From the NCBI GenBank assembly GCA_963698035.1, contig OY969114.1:480001-512000 (forward strand): a stretch of DNA of 32,000 nucleotides. The letters run 5' to 3'. The stretch comes from Candidatus Saccharimonadota bacterium. GTDB taxonomy: Archaea; Micrarchaeota; Micrarchaeia; Micrarchaeales; Micrarchaeaceae. The translations under genes and the position numbers were made by a program. The notes below the pieces were generated by a model. That model was not told the origin of the DNA, did no database searches, and worked only from the letters and a program-made list of their open reading frames with translations. Shown here piece by piece: positions 18,556 through 27,347 of this stretch. Numbering within the stretch: the first letter of the stretch is position 1; each line of letters starts with the position of its first letter.

Positions 18556-19215
18556 CTATTTCTTCCTCAACACACAGAACAGGTGCATCCTGTCGAAGGG
18601 CTCCAGCTCGACAGTCTCTAGGAGTTCGAACTCCTGTTTCAGGGCATCCAGCTCCATCCTGAATACATCCTTCGGCCTCATCGATACATCGACGCTCTGC
18701 GACTTTATTATGAAATAGGCGATACCCCCCCTATTCAGGAATCTAGAATTCATCCCCAGCATCTTCGCCTGCTCCCTCGTCGAGGCGTCCTGGTAGAGAA
18801 TGTCGCAATCCTCTACGCTGTCCGCGTAGAGCTCCACCTGCCTCGCATCTCCCAGTATGGGCAGCATGTTGGATCTCGCCTCGCATACCCTGATGAGCTC
18901 CCTCATGTTCCTCTCTGAGAGCTCTATGCAATATAACGCTCCTTCCTCGCCAACGATGTCGCTGAGGTGACTTGCCGTTGTTCCAGTCGCCGCGCCTATG
19001 TAAAGTATCTTGCTCCCCTTCCTCAACGCGAAGCTCTTCAGGCCGTTGAGCAGCGCGGCAGCCATCTTGCTCCTGTATGGATTCCAGAGCCTGTATTCAT
19101 CCTTTCCATCATTCACAAGCTCCTCGCTGTAGGATTTTGTCCCAGGCACCATGTTCTTCGTGGCGAGCTTTCCGCCTACCCTATAGACCCCCTCAAAAAC
19201 CCTCTTTACCTCCAT
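18556..19215 (-). CDS. flpA: Fibrillarin (C/D box sRNP 2'-O-methyltransferase)
   Basis: 'YRLWNPYRSKMAAALLNGL', SAM motif 'KILYIGAATGTTASHLSDIV', 'DILYQDAS'. Confidence 0.93.
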   Translation of the reverse strand: MEVKRVFEGVYRVGGKLATKNMVPGTKSYSEELVNDGKDEYRLWNPYRSKMAAALLNGLKSFALRKGSKILYIGAATGTTASHLSDIVGEEGALYCIELSERNMRELIRVCEARSNMLPILGDARQVELYADSVEDCDILYQDASTREQAKMLGMNSRFLNRGGIAYFIIKSQSVDVSMRPKDVFRMELDALKQEFELLETVELEPFDRMHLFCVLRKK

Positions 19216-19269
19216 TGAAGCAACCCGATAAAATAGTCTGCTTTGCCATGAGTCTCTTCGAACTGCTAC

Positions 19270-19674
19270 TTATTTGTTTGCTTCGGCGTAGCTTATCAGC
19301 CTCCCTACGACGTTGCCCTTGCTCAGGACATTGTTGTACTCGCTGTCAGTGCTGACTCTGTATCCCTCCGACCTCTCCATCTCCAGCTCCTCCTCCATCA
19401 CGTCGGACATCTCGTCCTGCTCCATGGTGAACAGCTCCGATGATATCTCGTCCGGAAGCTTCGCCTTCATGGCAAGATATGCTATGGATGCCTTCTCTGG
19501 AGGTTGCCTTCGCGTCTTCTTTATGAAGAGCGCCTTCAGCACCATCTCCGTCGCGCGGTTGTACAGGAGCGATGCAGTTATCAGCTCCTTTCCGTCCTTG
19601 TACTTCTTTGCCAGTTCGAAATCCTTCGCGGCCTCTTTAAGAAGGCCGTCTCTCGGAAGGTTTCCCCTGTTCAT
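19270..19674 (-). CDS. HEPN-like helical protein (non-catalytic; contains no histidine)
   Basis: 'AAKDFELAKKYKDGKELITASLLYNRATEMVLKALFIKK' follows the HEPN helix pattern. There is no Rx4-6H motif (no His in the protein). It occupies the position upstream of fibrillarin. Confidence 0.4.
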   Translation of the reverse strand: MNRGNLPRDGLLKEAAKDFELAKKYKDGKELITASLLYNRATEMVLKALFIKKTRRQPPEKASIAYLAMKAKLPDEISSELFTMEQDEMSDVMEEELEMERSEGYRVSTDSEYNNVLSKGNVVGRLISYAEANK

Positions 19675-19776
19675 CTTCCACCAAGTTCAAAACACAAAAC
19701 TGTATTTAAATACTTTCGATGCATTAGGTTTAATCACATACAAGCAAGTTACCTATTGTTCAAAATCGGGGATTAA

Positions 19777-21999
19777 ATGCCCGACCTTCCTACGACAAGA
19801 TTCCTTATCGGACTCTCCACGATAGCCACTGGCGGCGTCACCAGGGAAGAGCTGATAAAGTACTTTACCGACCTCGTCAAGGACTCCTTTGGGATAGAGC
19901 GCGCAAAGGTCGTCGACCTCGACAGCGAGCATAGCGGAGGTACCATAGGCGGCCAGCTGATAAGCACCAGGAAGCAGTACGTCGACAATAGCCTCAGTGA
20001 CTATTCCTCCTTTCCGGAGCTTATCGGCTACAGCAACGAGGGATTCAAGAGCTATGCGGCGGTGCCGATAATGGCGGACGGCAAGGTTGTCTCGATGCTC
20101 GAGCTCCTCTCGCCCGCCGAGAGCAAGTTCACGCAGGAGATGATCAGCGGAGTATCTATAGGCGCGATGCTACTGGGATTTGCCCTCGCTTACAAATCCG
20201 AATACGGAAAGAGCACCAGGCTCGCAGGGTACTTCGATGCAGCATTCAACAGCGACAGCCCGCAGATGCTTGTCTCGTCAAACGGGGTGGTTGCAAAGGC
20301 AAACAAGGCCGCCACCAAGCTTTTCGGCTTCATGCAGCAGAGAGCCGAAGTCAAGCAGCTCCTCGGCATGGATTATGATAGACTGCTCTCGATATCGAAG
20401 ACGGGCGTGGCCGCTGCACTCCCCGTAAAGGAGAACGGCACCGACAAGACCTATTCCCTAATGGTGAGCAGGGCGAGCGAAGGGCTCCTCTACCTCTCGA
20501 TGCAGGATGTCTCAGATGTCTCCTCACTGAGGAACGCGCTCGCCTCTGTGATGAACAGCGACGACGTTTTCATAGCGTTCACAGACGAGCACCTCAACAC
20601 CTTGGGCGTCACCGAAAACTTCCAGCGCATCCTCGGATACGACAAGGACATGATGTCTGGCAAGAGCATAAGCGACCTTGTTGTAGAAAAGCAGAGGGCG
20701 GACTTCAGGGAGCTGGTAAAGAAAGAGCAGAAGGGTTCATTGAAGAGCACGGACCTCGCCTCGATGAGCGGCTATCCGACAAGGATGCACTTCTCTGTCT
20801 CGAAAGCGCTGAATGGCTATGCGATAATGTTCGCCAAAGCAGATGCAGAGAAGTACCTGCAGGCCCTGAGGGAGAGCCTCGACGACTTCACCGCGAACGC
20901 GGCCGAGATAGTGATAAGGGTTGACAGCATGGGCTACATAGTCTCGTGCAATTCCTCAGCTGAGGCTATGCTCGATTACACCAGGCAGGAGCTTGCAGGC
21001 AAGGAAATAAAATTATTGTACAAGGACCCATCGACCGTAGACCACGATATGGCATACGCGAGGAACCTGGGCAAGCCCGACAATTCCTACATAGACCTAA
21101 TAAAGAGGGACGGCACGATGGTGCCTGGCACCCAGTCAATACGGCTGCTTACCGACTCGGAAGGCAACTCCGAGTACCTGATAGTGGTGAAGGAACTCGC
21201 CAGCAAGCGCAGGATGGACGACCAGGAGTTCGAGCTCGGCAAGAGCGAGAGAGAGATAAAGAAGCTAAGATCTACAGGAGACCTGAAGTCGCAGTTCATA
21301 TACAATATATCGCACGAGCTCAAGACACCGCTGACCAGCATAAAAGGCTTCGCCAAGCTCCTCTCGACCGGCGAATTCGGGAAGCTGAACGAGGAGCAGC
21401 TCCAGTACATTCAGACTATATGCGACGAATCCGACAGGCTCATGCTGATAATACAGCAGGTGCTGGATGCCTCGAAGCTGGATGCACAGAAGGTGAAGCT
21501 CGACTTTAAGGAAGTGGACCTGACACAGCTTGGGAACAACCCAAGCATAGCCTCACTCCGCGAGGCTGCCGTGGAGAAGGGGCTCGTCTTTTCATGGAAG
21601 GTCGACTACGACGTTCCAAAGGTGCTCGCAGACCCCAACAGGCTGATCCAGATATTCGTCAACTTGGTCGGCAACTCGATAAAGTTCACCGAGAAGGGGA
21701 GCATCCAGGTCCACATATTCAAGAGGCCCCGAAAGAAGATACAGTGCGACATAATTGATACCGGAATTGGCATAAGCGAGGATGATAAGCAGAAGCTCTT
21801 CAAGAAGTTCTACCAGGTGCAGAAGAAAGGCATAGTAAAGCAGGACGGCTCCGGCACGGGCCTAGGACTCTCAATAACAAAGGAATTGGTAAAGCTCCAT
21901 GGTGGGGACATATCCTTCGAGTCGCAACTCGGGAAGGGCAGCAGGTTCTGGTTCACGATAAGGGTAGACTCAAAGACGAAGAAGGGATCACACGACTAG
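19777..21999 (+). CDS. Cytoplasmic sensor histidine kinase (GAF + PAS repeats + HisKA + HATPase_c)
   Basis: No TM segments. H-box 'ISHELKTPLTSIKGFAKLL', N-box 'IFVNLVGNSIKFT', G1 'DTGIGIS', G2 'GTGLGLSITKELVKLHGG'. Confidence 0.9.
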   Translation: MPDLPTTRFLIGLSTIATGGVTREELIKYFTDLVKDSFGIERAKVVDLDSEHSGGTIGGQLISTRKQYVDNSLSDYSSFPELIGYSNEGFKSYAAVPIMADGKVVSMLELLSPAESKFTQEMISGVSIGAMLLGFALAYKSEYGKSTRLAGYFDAAFNSDSPQMLVSSNGVVAKANKAATKLFGFMQQRAEVKQLLGMDYDRLLSISKTGVAAALPVKENGTDKTYSLMVSRASEGLLYLSMQDVSDVSSLRNALASVMNSDDVFIAFTDEHLNTLGVTENFQRILGYDKDMMSGKSISDLVVEKQRADFRELVKKEQKGSLKSTDLASMSGYPTRMHFSVSKALNGYAIMFAKADAEKYLQALRESLDDFTANAAEIVIRVDSMGYIVSCNSSAEAMLDYTRQELAGKEIKLLYKDPSTVDHDMAYARNLGKPDNSYIDLIKRDGTMVPGTQSIRLLTDSEGNSEYLIVVKELASKRRMDDQEFELGKSEREIKKLRSTGDLKSQFIYNISHELKTPLTSIKGFAKLLSTGEFGKLNEEQLQYIQTICDESDRLMLIIQQVLDASKLDAQKVKLDFKEVDLTQLGNNPSIASLREAAVEKGLVFSWKVDYDVPKVLADPNRLIQIFVNLVGNSIKFTEKGSIQVHIFKRPRKKIQCDIIDTGIGISEDDKQKLFKKFYQVQKKGIVKQDGSGTGLGLSITKELVKLHGGDISFESQLGKGSRFWFTIRVDSKTKKGSHD

Positions 22000-22929
22000 T
22001 ATCCCGCATGCGTTCCCTACGATGGCAGCGTCACTGAGCCCTGTCATGAGGCTGTCATAGCTCTGTCCCTGCCAAGCGCCGCTGAATATGGTGTTGACTG
22101 GCAGGCCGCTTGTAAGATTCATGGTTATCGTGAGGGCAGGCCCGGTGCTTCTTGATGTCTGCGACACTGTTGAGTACACCACCGCCCAATCGCCATTGCC
22201 CACGTTCGTTATGTTGCGTGCTAGCAAATATGGCGTAACGGCCGTGATATTCTGATAGGTGAATGGTCCGTAGGGCGATTTCGTGTAGTGAAGTATATAG
22301 CTTGAGTTGTAGAGGTCGCCTGTGCAACTGGCGGTATTGGCGTAGTCTGTGGTGTAGTTCGCCATGAGTGGATAGTATAGGTTATTCTTTAGTAATCCAA
22401 TGATGCGCTGCTCGGCGCTCTGCGTCGAGTTTATCGTTGTGCTTGTAGATATCGTTGTGCTCTGCACGGATATGGTAACCGAGGTTGTAGAATACGCCGA
22501 TGCCGACACAACCACTATCCTTCCCGAGTCGGGCTGCTCATCGAGGTATGTCTGTAGTGGAGTGAGCGTGACCGAGACGCTATTGCTCGTTACCGCATCG
22601 AGGTACACCTCCATGTTCGCATAGGTTGTGCCTGCGTTTACCTTTGTGAAATTGTCAAGAAGCAGCGTAACGTTAAGCGTCTGGCTAACGAAAATAGGTG
22701 ATTTCCCGATAAGTATGTAAGCCGTGTCGGAGCTGGGATTAGTCTTGCTCAGAAGCAGCACGTACTGGCCGCCCTGCAGCTTTACAACCGTCGGTGTGCT
22801 CGTGAGGGTCAGCTTTGTGGGCCCGGATATGCCCACCGCACCGCTGAGTATAGCCAGCGACGCTACTACCGCAACCACGATTATTATTACCGCAATGACG
22901 GCTACGCCGGTGTACTTCTTACGGGCCAT
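21988..22929 (-). CDS. Membrane-anchored extracellular protein, sequon- and Thr/Ser-rich
   Basis: N-terminal TM 'GVAVIAVIIIVVAVVASLAILSG', a T/S-rich stretch 'SVQSTTISTSTTINSTQS', and multiple N-x-S/T. Its 3' end overlaps the kinase 3' end by 12 nt (convergent). Confidence 0.6.
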   Translation of the reverse strand: MARKKYTGVAVIAVIIIVVAVVASLAILSGAVGISGPTKLTLTSTPTVVKLQGGQYVLLLSKTNPSSDTAYILIGKSPIFVSQTLNVTLLLDNFTKVNAGTTYANMEVYLDAVTSNSVSVTLTPLQTYLDEQPDSGRIVVVSASAYSTTSVTISVQSTTISTSTTINSTQSAEQRIIGLLKNNLYYPLMANYTTDYANTASCTGDLYNSSYILHYTKSPYGPFTYQNITAVTPYLLARNITNVGNGDWAVVYSTVSQTSRSTGPALTITMNLTSGLPVNTIFSGAWQGQSYDSLMTGLSDAAIVGNACGILVV

Positions 22930-23058
22930 CGCATCGACCTATATCCTCGTTGAAGGTTTATTAAAGTTTGCACTTTGAAAAAAGGGTGCCTCTCGTCTTC
23001 CAAAGAAAAATAGAAAGCATAATATTCCTTCTGGTTGACTTATCATTTAGGTGACCAG

Positions 23059-24264
23059 ATGGCAGGGAATGTCCCCCTTAACGAAGAGGTACTTTCTATA
23101 GTGAATGAGAGGCAGCAGCTGAGCTACAATGAACTTACAGAGATGATGTTCAGTCGTGGCGTGTCGGAACCGGACCTCAAGCAGTCCCTTTCAGACCTTG
23201 AATCGGGCAAGCTGATAGCATCAAGGAAGAACGGCGGTGTGCTTACCTACTACATCCTCAAACAGGACGAGATTCTCAGGAGGATCCTGATAGTCGAGGA
23301 TGACAAGAACATAAACAAGCTGATGGCACTGTCGATCGGGAAGGGATTCGAAATAGGGCAGATATACGATGGAGGGGAGGCCCTGCAAGCGGTGAAAATA
23401 GCAAGGCCCGACCTAATAATACTGGATCTCATGCTCCCGCACAAGGACGGCCTTGAGATCTGCCAGACGATAAAATCGGACCCAGCTACGAGCGGCACGA
23501 TAGTGATACTCGTAAGTGCGATGGATCCAACGAGCAACCGCTTCAAGGGGCTCAAGTATGGCGCAGATTACTACATAAAGAAGCCGTTCGACCCGAGCGA
23601 GCTAAGGACCCTTGTAACGATATTCCTCAGGAAGAAGGGCAAGAGGTTCGATCCACTCATAGACCTGCCTGACGAGGAGAGAATATCGAAGGAGGTTGAG
23701 AGATCGATAAAGGAGAGCGAGGTCATAGGAACACTAAAGGTGGATGAACTTGGCGCCTACGCAAGGAGGTTCGGCGAGCATGCGGCAATGATAATACTCA
23801 GGCTGATGTCACAGCTCCTCCAGGACTCAATAAAGATGAAGGGCGGCGGCGTCTTCGTCGGATTCCTGAACAGCGACGAGTTCGTGGTTGCCGGGACCAA
23901 GGATGAGGTTGGAGCGGTAGTGAGGGAGATAACCGATGAGTTCGCGGCCGTGCTGCCTTTCATACTGCAGGATGCGGGCTACAAGCTTCTAGAGCTCAAC
24001 ATAGATAGCCTCTTCGAGTCAAAGGAGGTGCCCAAGCTCTCCATTGTCTACTCAGAATCGGACAAGGCGGAGATAAAGGAGAGGAGGAGCGAGATACTGA
24101 AGAGCAAGGGTGTCGCAGGGGACGTAGGCTCCTACACCTACGAGGAACTGCAGAGGCTCTTCGGGAGGGATGACCTCGACATAAAGATAACAAGGGACTC
24201 AAACGGGGTAAGGCTGCACATAGGAAAGAACCCCGAAGGAAAGGACACAAAGAGAGAACAATGA
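23059..24264 (+). CDS. Response regulator: wHTH-like N-terminus + REC + degenerate GGDEF-like domain
   Basis: REC: 'RILIVEDDKN...DLIILDLMLPHKDG...YYIKKPFD'. C-terminal domain: 'DPLIDLPDEE' (compare GGDEF-domain 'DPLTGLPNRR'), 'LKVDELGAYARRFGEHAA', and 'GFLNSDEFVVAG' in place of GGDEF. The ATG at 23059 is preferred over the TTG at 23035. Confidence 0.8.
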   Translation: MAGNVPLNEEVLSIVNERQQLSYNELTEMMFSRGVSEPDLKQSLSDLESGKLIASRKNGGVLTYYILKQDEILRRILIVEDDKNINKLMALSIGKGFEIGQIYDGGEALQAVKIARPDLIILDLMLPHKDGLEICQTIKSDPATSGTIVILVSAMDPTSNRFKGLKYGADYYIKKPFDPSELRTLVTIFLRKKGKRFDPLIDLPDEERISKEVERSIKESEVIGTLKVDELGAYARRFGEHAAMIILRLMSQLLQDSIKMKGGGVFVGFLNSDEFVVAGTKDEVGAVVREITDEFAAVLPFILQDAGYKLLELNIDSLFESKEVPKLSIVYSESDKAEIKERRSEILKSKGVAGDVGSYTYEELQRLFGRDDLDIKITRDSNGVRLHIGKNPEGKDTKREQ

Positions 24265-24268
24265 TGCT

Positions 24269-24817
24269 ATGGCGGCATTTGGTCGACCCAGAGCTCAGAC
24301 TGCAATCGACTTCATAACATCGTATGGAGTAGCGGTACTTGTTTTATCGGTTACGATCTACATAATCTTACAGCTCGGCGTCTTCAACCCGCAGATAGCG
24401 CCCAGCTACTGCAACACGGCGCCGTCATTCTCGTGCGCCGCCTACGTGATGTACCCGAACGGCACATTCACATTCCTGCTGGGGCAGACAATAGGAGGTT
24501 CCATAATCATAAGCGGCATAGGCTGCTCCAGTGAGATAAATGGGACGGGGGTTGGCCCGGAGTTCGGCAACGTCGGGCTTGTCGGCACATCCATGTACTA
24601 CCCGACAAATGGGTTCACAAAAGGAACGGTACTGCTGAGCAACTTGCCGCAGCAGTTCAGCGTCAACTGTTACAATAGCGGCAGTGGACTGCCTGCCACG
24701 GCGTCGCTCGGAAGCAGCTTCGCGGGCTTCCTCTGGTTGAATTACACCTATTCGGGGTTGCCGAGCACTTACCAGACAGTACAGCAGGTCCTCACGTTCA
24801 GCACCTCCTACACGTAG
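24269..24817 (+). CDS. Archaeal type IV pilin-like protein (class III signal peptide)
   Basis: N-terminus 'MAAFGRPRAQTAIDFITSYGVAVLVLSVTIYII' matches the class III prepilin signal ([KR][GA]Q[ST]AI[DE][FY]L... then a hydrophobic helix). Sequon-rich ectodomain. Starts 4 nt after the response regulator. Confidence 0.7.
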   Translation: MAAFGRPRAQTAIDFITSYGVAVLVLSVTIYIILQLGVFNPQIAPSYCNTAPSFSCAAYVMYPNGTFTFLLGQTIGGSIIISGIGCSSEINGTGVGPEFGNVGLVGTSMYYPTNGFTKGTVLLSNLPQQFSVNCYNSGSGLPATASLGSSFAGFLWLNYTYSGLPSTYQTVQQVLTFSTSYT

Positions 24818-24883
24818 CTCGGAAGAAATCATATTAAATAGATGATGTTGTATATTTCTGAAAGTGGTTCAGTGAAGTTCAAT

Positions 24884-25711
24884 ATGGTTGTGGCCTCCAT
24901 GTTCGCTGCGACAATGCTCCTGCTCATATCCGGGCAGCTGAGCAATGCGGCCTATGTTACGGTCATACAGCCCTTCAATTACACGGTCACGAGCAGCAGC
25001 CCAGTCTACCTGGGTAAGGACGGGCCGGGGCAGACTTTCTATGTGACCATATCAGCTACAACTACGAACAACAGCGGTGCGGTCAACCTGCTAGGATGGA
25101 ACAAGCTCGTGGTGACCAACCTTCCGCAAGGATGGATCGCCCAGAACTCTTCGTTGTACACCCCCACACTATCCGTAAAGATAACACCCTCGGCCACGGC
25201 GCAGAACGGTACATATGCCTTCAACCTTACCGCGGTAAACGTTGGCAACTACTCGAAGCTCGGCGCGCTGAGGTTTACCGCACTCATCAACATCACTCCA
25301 GACGTATTCAAACTGAGTGTCAGTCCAGCATCAATATCTGAAAGCACAGGCACACCAGCAGATGTCTACGTTACGATAAACAACACGGGGGTCTCTGACA
25401 GCCTCTTCCTGATAACGATAACTGGCATACCCGCCCAGAACATCACAGATACGGTAATAGCGCTGCACGGCACATCGCAGCGTTACGCCTATCCCATAAC
25501 CCTCAGCCAGCCGGGCAGGTACACGCTGAACATAAACGTCGAATCGATATCGAGCTCCCTGGTGCGAAGTCAGGCGAATGTGACGGTGGTGGCTAGGGCG
25601 ACGCTGCTCAGTGACTACACAGCAATAGGCAGTGGCATCGACGCCTTCCCTGTAGTCTATGAGCCCATCTATGCAGTGATGTACCTGATAAGCAGGCTCT
25701 TCCCCGCCTAA
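24884..25711 (+). CDS. Secreted sequon-rich protein with beta-sandwich-like repeats and a hydrophobic C-terminus
   Basis: Signal peptide 'MVVASMFAATMLLLISGQLSNA' (the ORF track opens earlier at 24842). The pattern 'FKLSVSPASISESTGTPADVYVTINNTGVSD' resembles CARDB/NEW3-type domains. Hydrophobic tail 'IYAVMYLISRLFPA'. Confidence 0.55.
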   Translation: MVVASMFAATMLLLISGQLSNAAYVTVIQPFNYTVTSSSPVYLGKDGPGQTFYVTISATTTNNSGAVNLLGWNKLVVTNLPQGWIAQNSSLYTPTLSVKITPSATAQNGTYAFNLTAVNVGNYSKLGALRFTALINITPDVFKLSVSPASISESTGTPADVYVTINNTGVSDSLFLITITGIPAQNITDTVIALHGTSQRYAYPITLSQPGRYTLNINVESISSSLVRSQANVTVVARATLLSDYTAIGSGIDAFPVVYEPIYAVMYLISRLFPA

Positions 25712-25758
25712 TTCAAATAAACAAAAGGCTCAAAAAGGATGGTGAGCAAACAAAATAA

Positions 25759-25830
25759 GCCCGAATAGCTCAGTGGTAGAGCGACTGGCTGTTAACCAGT
25801 AGGTCGCAGGTTCAATCCCTGCTTCGGGCG
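25759..25830 (+). tRNA. tRNA-Asn (anticodon GUU)
   Basis: Hand-folded cloverleaf. Acceptor GCCCGAA/TTCGGGC (7 bp), D stem GCTC/GAGC, anticodon stem ACTGG/CCAGT with loop CTGTTAA, T stem GCAGG/CCTGC with loop TTCAATC, discriminator G. No encoded CCA. Confidence 0.92.
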
Positions 25831-25891
25831 TTATGGTAAGGTTCAACCCCCTTTCATAAGTATTATAAACACATACATCTAATATCCCTCT

Positions 25892-27193
25892 ATGGCCACT
25901 TTAGAGGATTGGAAGGTCAGCGCTGACAAGCTCAACAAAAGGGTCATGGAAGACCCTCGCATAAGCGCAGTCAACAAGAAGCGCATAGCAGAACACGTTG
26001 TAAACCTGAACGGAGAGCGCAAGAACCCACGAAGCATCATAAGACATCTTTACGGGTTGCTCAAACTTATGGAATGCGTATCTTACAAAAGGGACATCAA
26101 TACCTTTACGGACAGGGACATAAAGAAAGCCATCCACGTAGTAGAGGAACAAACTTATCCTAAAAAGATTATGGAGAACGGGAAGCTCACAACAAAACAA
26201 GTCCCTTACAGCGAAGAGGTAAAGCTCCACTTTTACGCTGTGTGGGTCAAGTACTACAAGCTGGCGCTCGGTAAAGGCTACATGAAACCCGACAACGTGG
26301 CCTTCATAAAGATTACAGGTAAGGCTAACCAGAAACGAGACCCCGACTCGATACTCGAGCGTGAGGACATAATGAAGATGCTGGGTAAGTGCTACAATAT
26401 TAGGGACTCGGCCTTCCTATATTGTCTCTGGGAATCTGCGACCAGAATAAATGAGATACTATCATGCACAAAGAAGGACTTGCAGATTGTAAGCGCAAAG
26501 AAAGGGGAGTACGAAGCGATCCTGCACATCCACGTATCTAAAACAAAACAGCGTAAAGTCCCGTTGTTCGAATCCGTCCCTTACCTGCTTTCATATTTAG
26601 AGTCAAAGTATCTTCAGGATGCTCCCGACGAAGCTCCGCTCTGGCAACGAGTTCATGCTGGGCACGGCGCTGATAAAGGACTACAAGAACCCGAAGCCAG
26701 AAAACTATTAGCAGAGATAGGCATGCGAGCTGGGATAACGTCGAAGCGCCTTAATCCCCACAGCTTTAGATTCTCCCGAATAACTTATGAAAGCGAAATA
26801 GGTGTCCCGCAAGCATGGATAAAGGAGAAGACAGGCTTAACGCAGTCGAGCAATAGGATAGATGTCTATGCGAGGTTAAAGGGTACTGCGGTACAAGAAG
26901 GTTATCGCAAGCTGATACACGGGGAGACGACGCCGAAGGAAATAGTAATGCCTGTCGCTCCGTTGCAGAGATGTCCGAAGTGCGACAACGATATAAGGCT
27001 CAACGCTCTATTCTGCGACAAGTGTGGAGCTGTGCTGTCGCAGGACAAGAAGGATGTTGTCGATGAAGTAGACAAGAACCTTATCGATAAGGCGCTGGAC
27101 GAATACCTGAAAGACCCTGCGAACTTTAAGAGAGCGCTCGAGCGAGTATCCCATCAGGCTTTAGTAGAGGACAGAGAGCGAAAGAGGAAATGA
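25892..27193 (+). CDS. int: Tyrosine recombinase/integrase with a C-terminal zinc ribbon
   Basis: Catalytic-domain motifs 'ESATRINEIL' (Arg I), 'VSKTKQRKVPL' (Lys), 'NPHSFRFSRIT' (HxxR), 'NRIDVYARL' (Tyr). C-terminal 'CPKCDNDIRLNALFCDKCG'. Confidence 0.85.
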   Translation: MATLEDWKVSADKLNKRVMEDPRISAVNKKRIAEHVVNLNGERKNPRSIIRHLYGLLKLMECVSYKRDINTFTDRDIKKAIHVVEEQTYPKKIMENGKLTTKQVPYSEEVKLHFYAVWVKYYKLALGKGYMKPDNVAFIKITGKANQKRDPDSILEREDIMKMLGKCYNIRDSAFLYCLWESATRINEILSCTKKDLQIVSAKKGEYEAILHIHVSKTKQRKVPLFESVPYLLSYLESKYLQDAPDEAPLWQRVHAGHGADKGLQEPEARKLLAEIGMRAGITSKRLNPHSFRFSRITYESEIGVPQAWIKEKTGLTQSSNRIDVYARLKGTAVQEGYRKLIHGETTPKEIVMPVAPLQRCPKCDNDIRLNALFCDKCGAVLSQDKKDVVDEVDKNLIDKALDEYLKDPANFKRALERVSHQALVEDRERKRK

Positions 27194-27197
27194 TACC

Positions 27198-27344
27198 ATG
27201 AAAAAGAAAACTGGGTACGTATGCGAGTGTGGGTTTAGATTCTCTGGCGCTGGGGAGATAAGAAACCACGATGTCTTTATCGCAAAGGATGGGAAAGGGG
27301 GAAGCATCTGTCCTAAATGTAAAAGACGATATGTTTGGTTGTGA
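27198..27344 (+). CDS. Small zinc-ribbon protein (48 aa)
   Basis: Hand-translated: MKKKTGYVCECGFRFSGAGEIRNHDVFIAKDGKGGSICPKCKRRYVWL. CxC...CxxC. Starts 4 nt after the int stop. Below the ORF-track length cutoff. Confidence 0.45.
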   Translation: MKKKTGYVCECGFRFSGAGEIRNHDVFIAKDGKGGSICPKCKRRYVWL

Positions 27345-27347
27345 AGG

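Noticed and set aside
24826-24884. C/D-box sRNA-like string (GATGATG ... CTGA) between the pilin-like gene and the next ORF
   Set aside because: The C box is imperfect (UGAUGU), no terminal D box or C'/D' pairing partner was found, and there are no terminal stem nucleotides.
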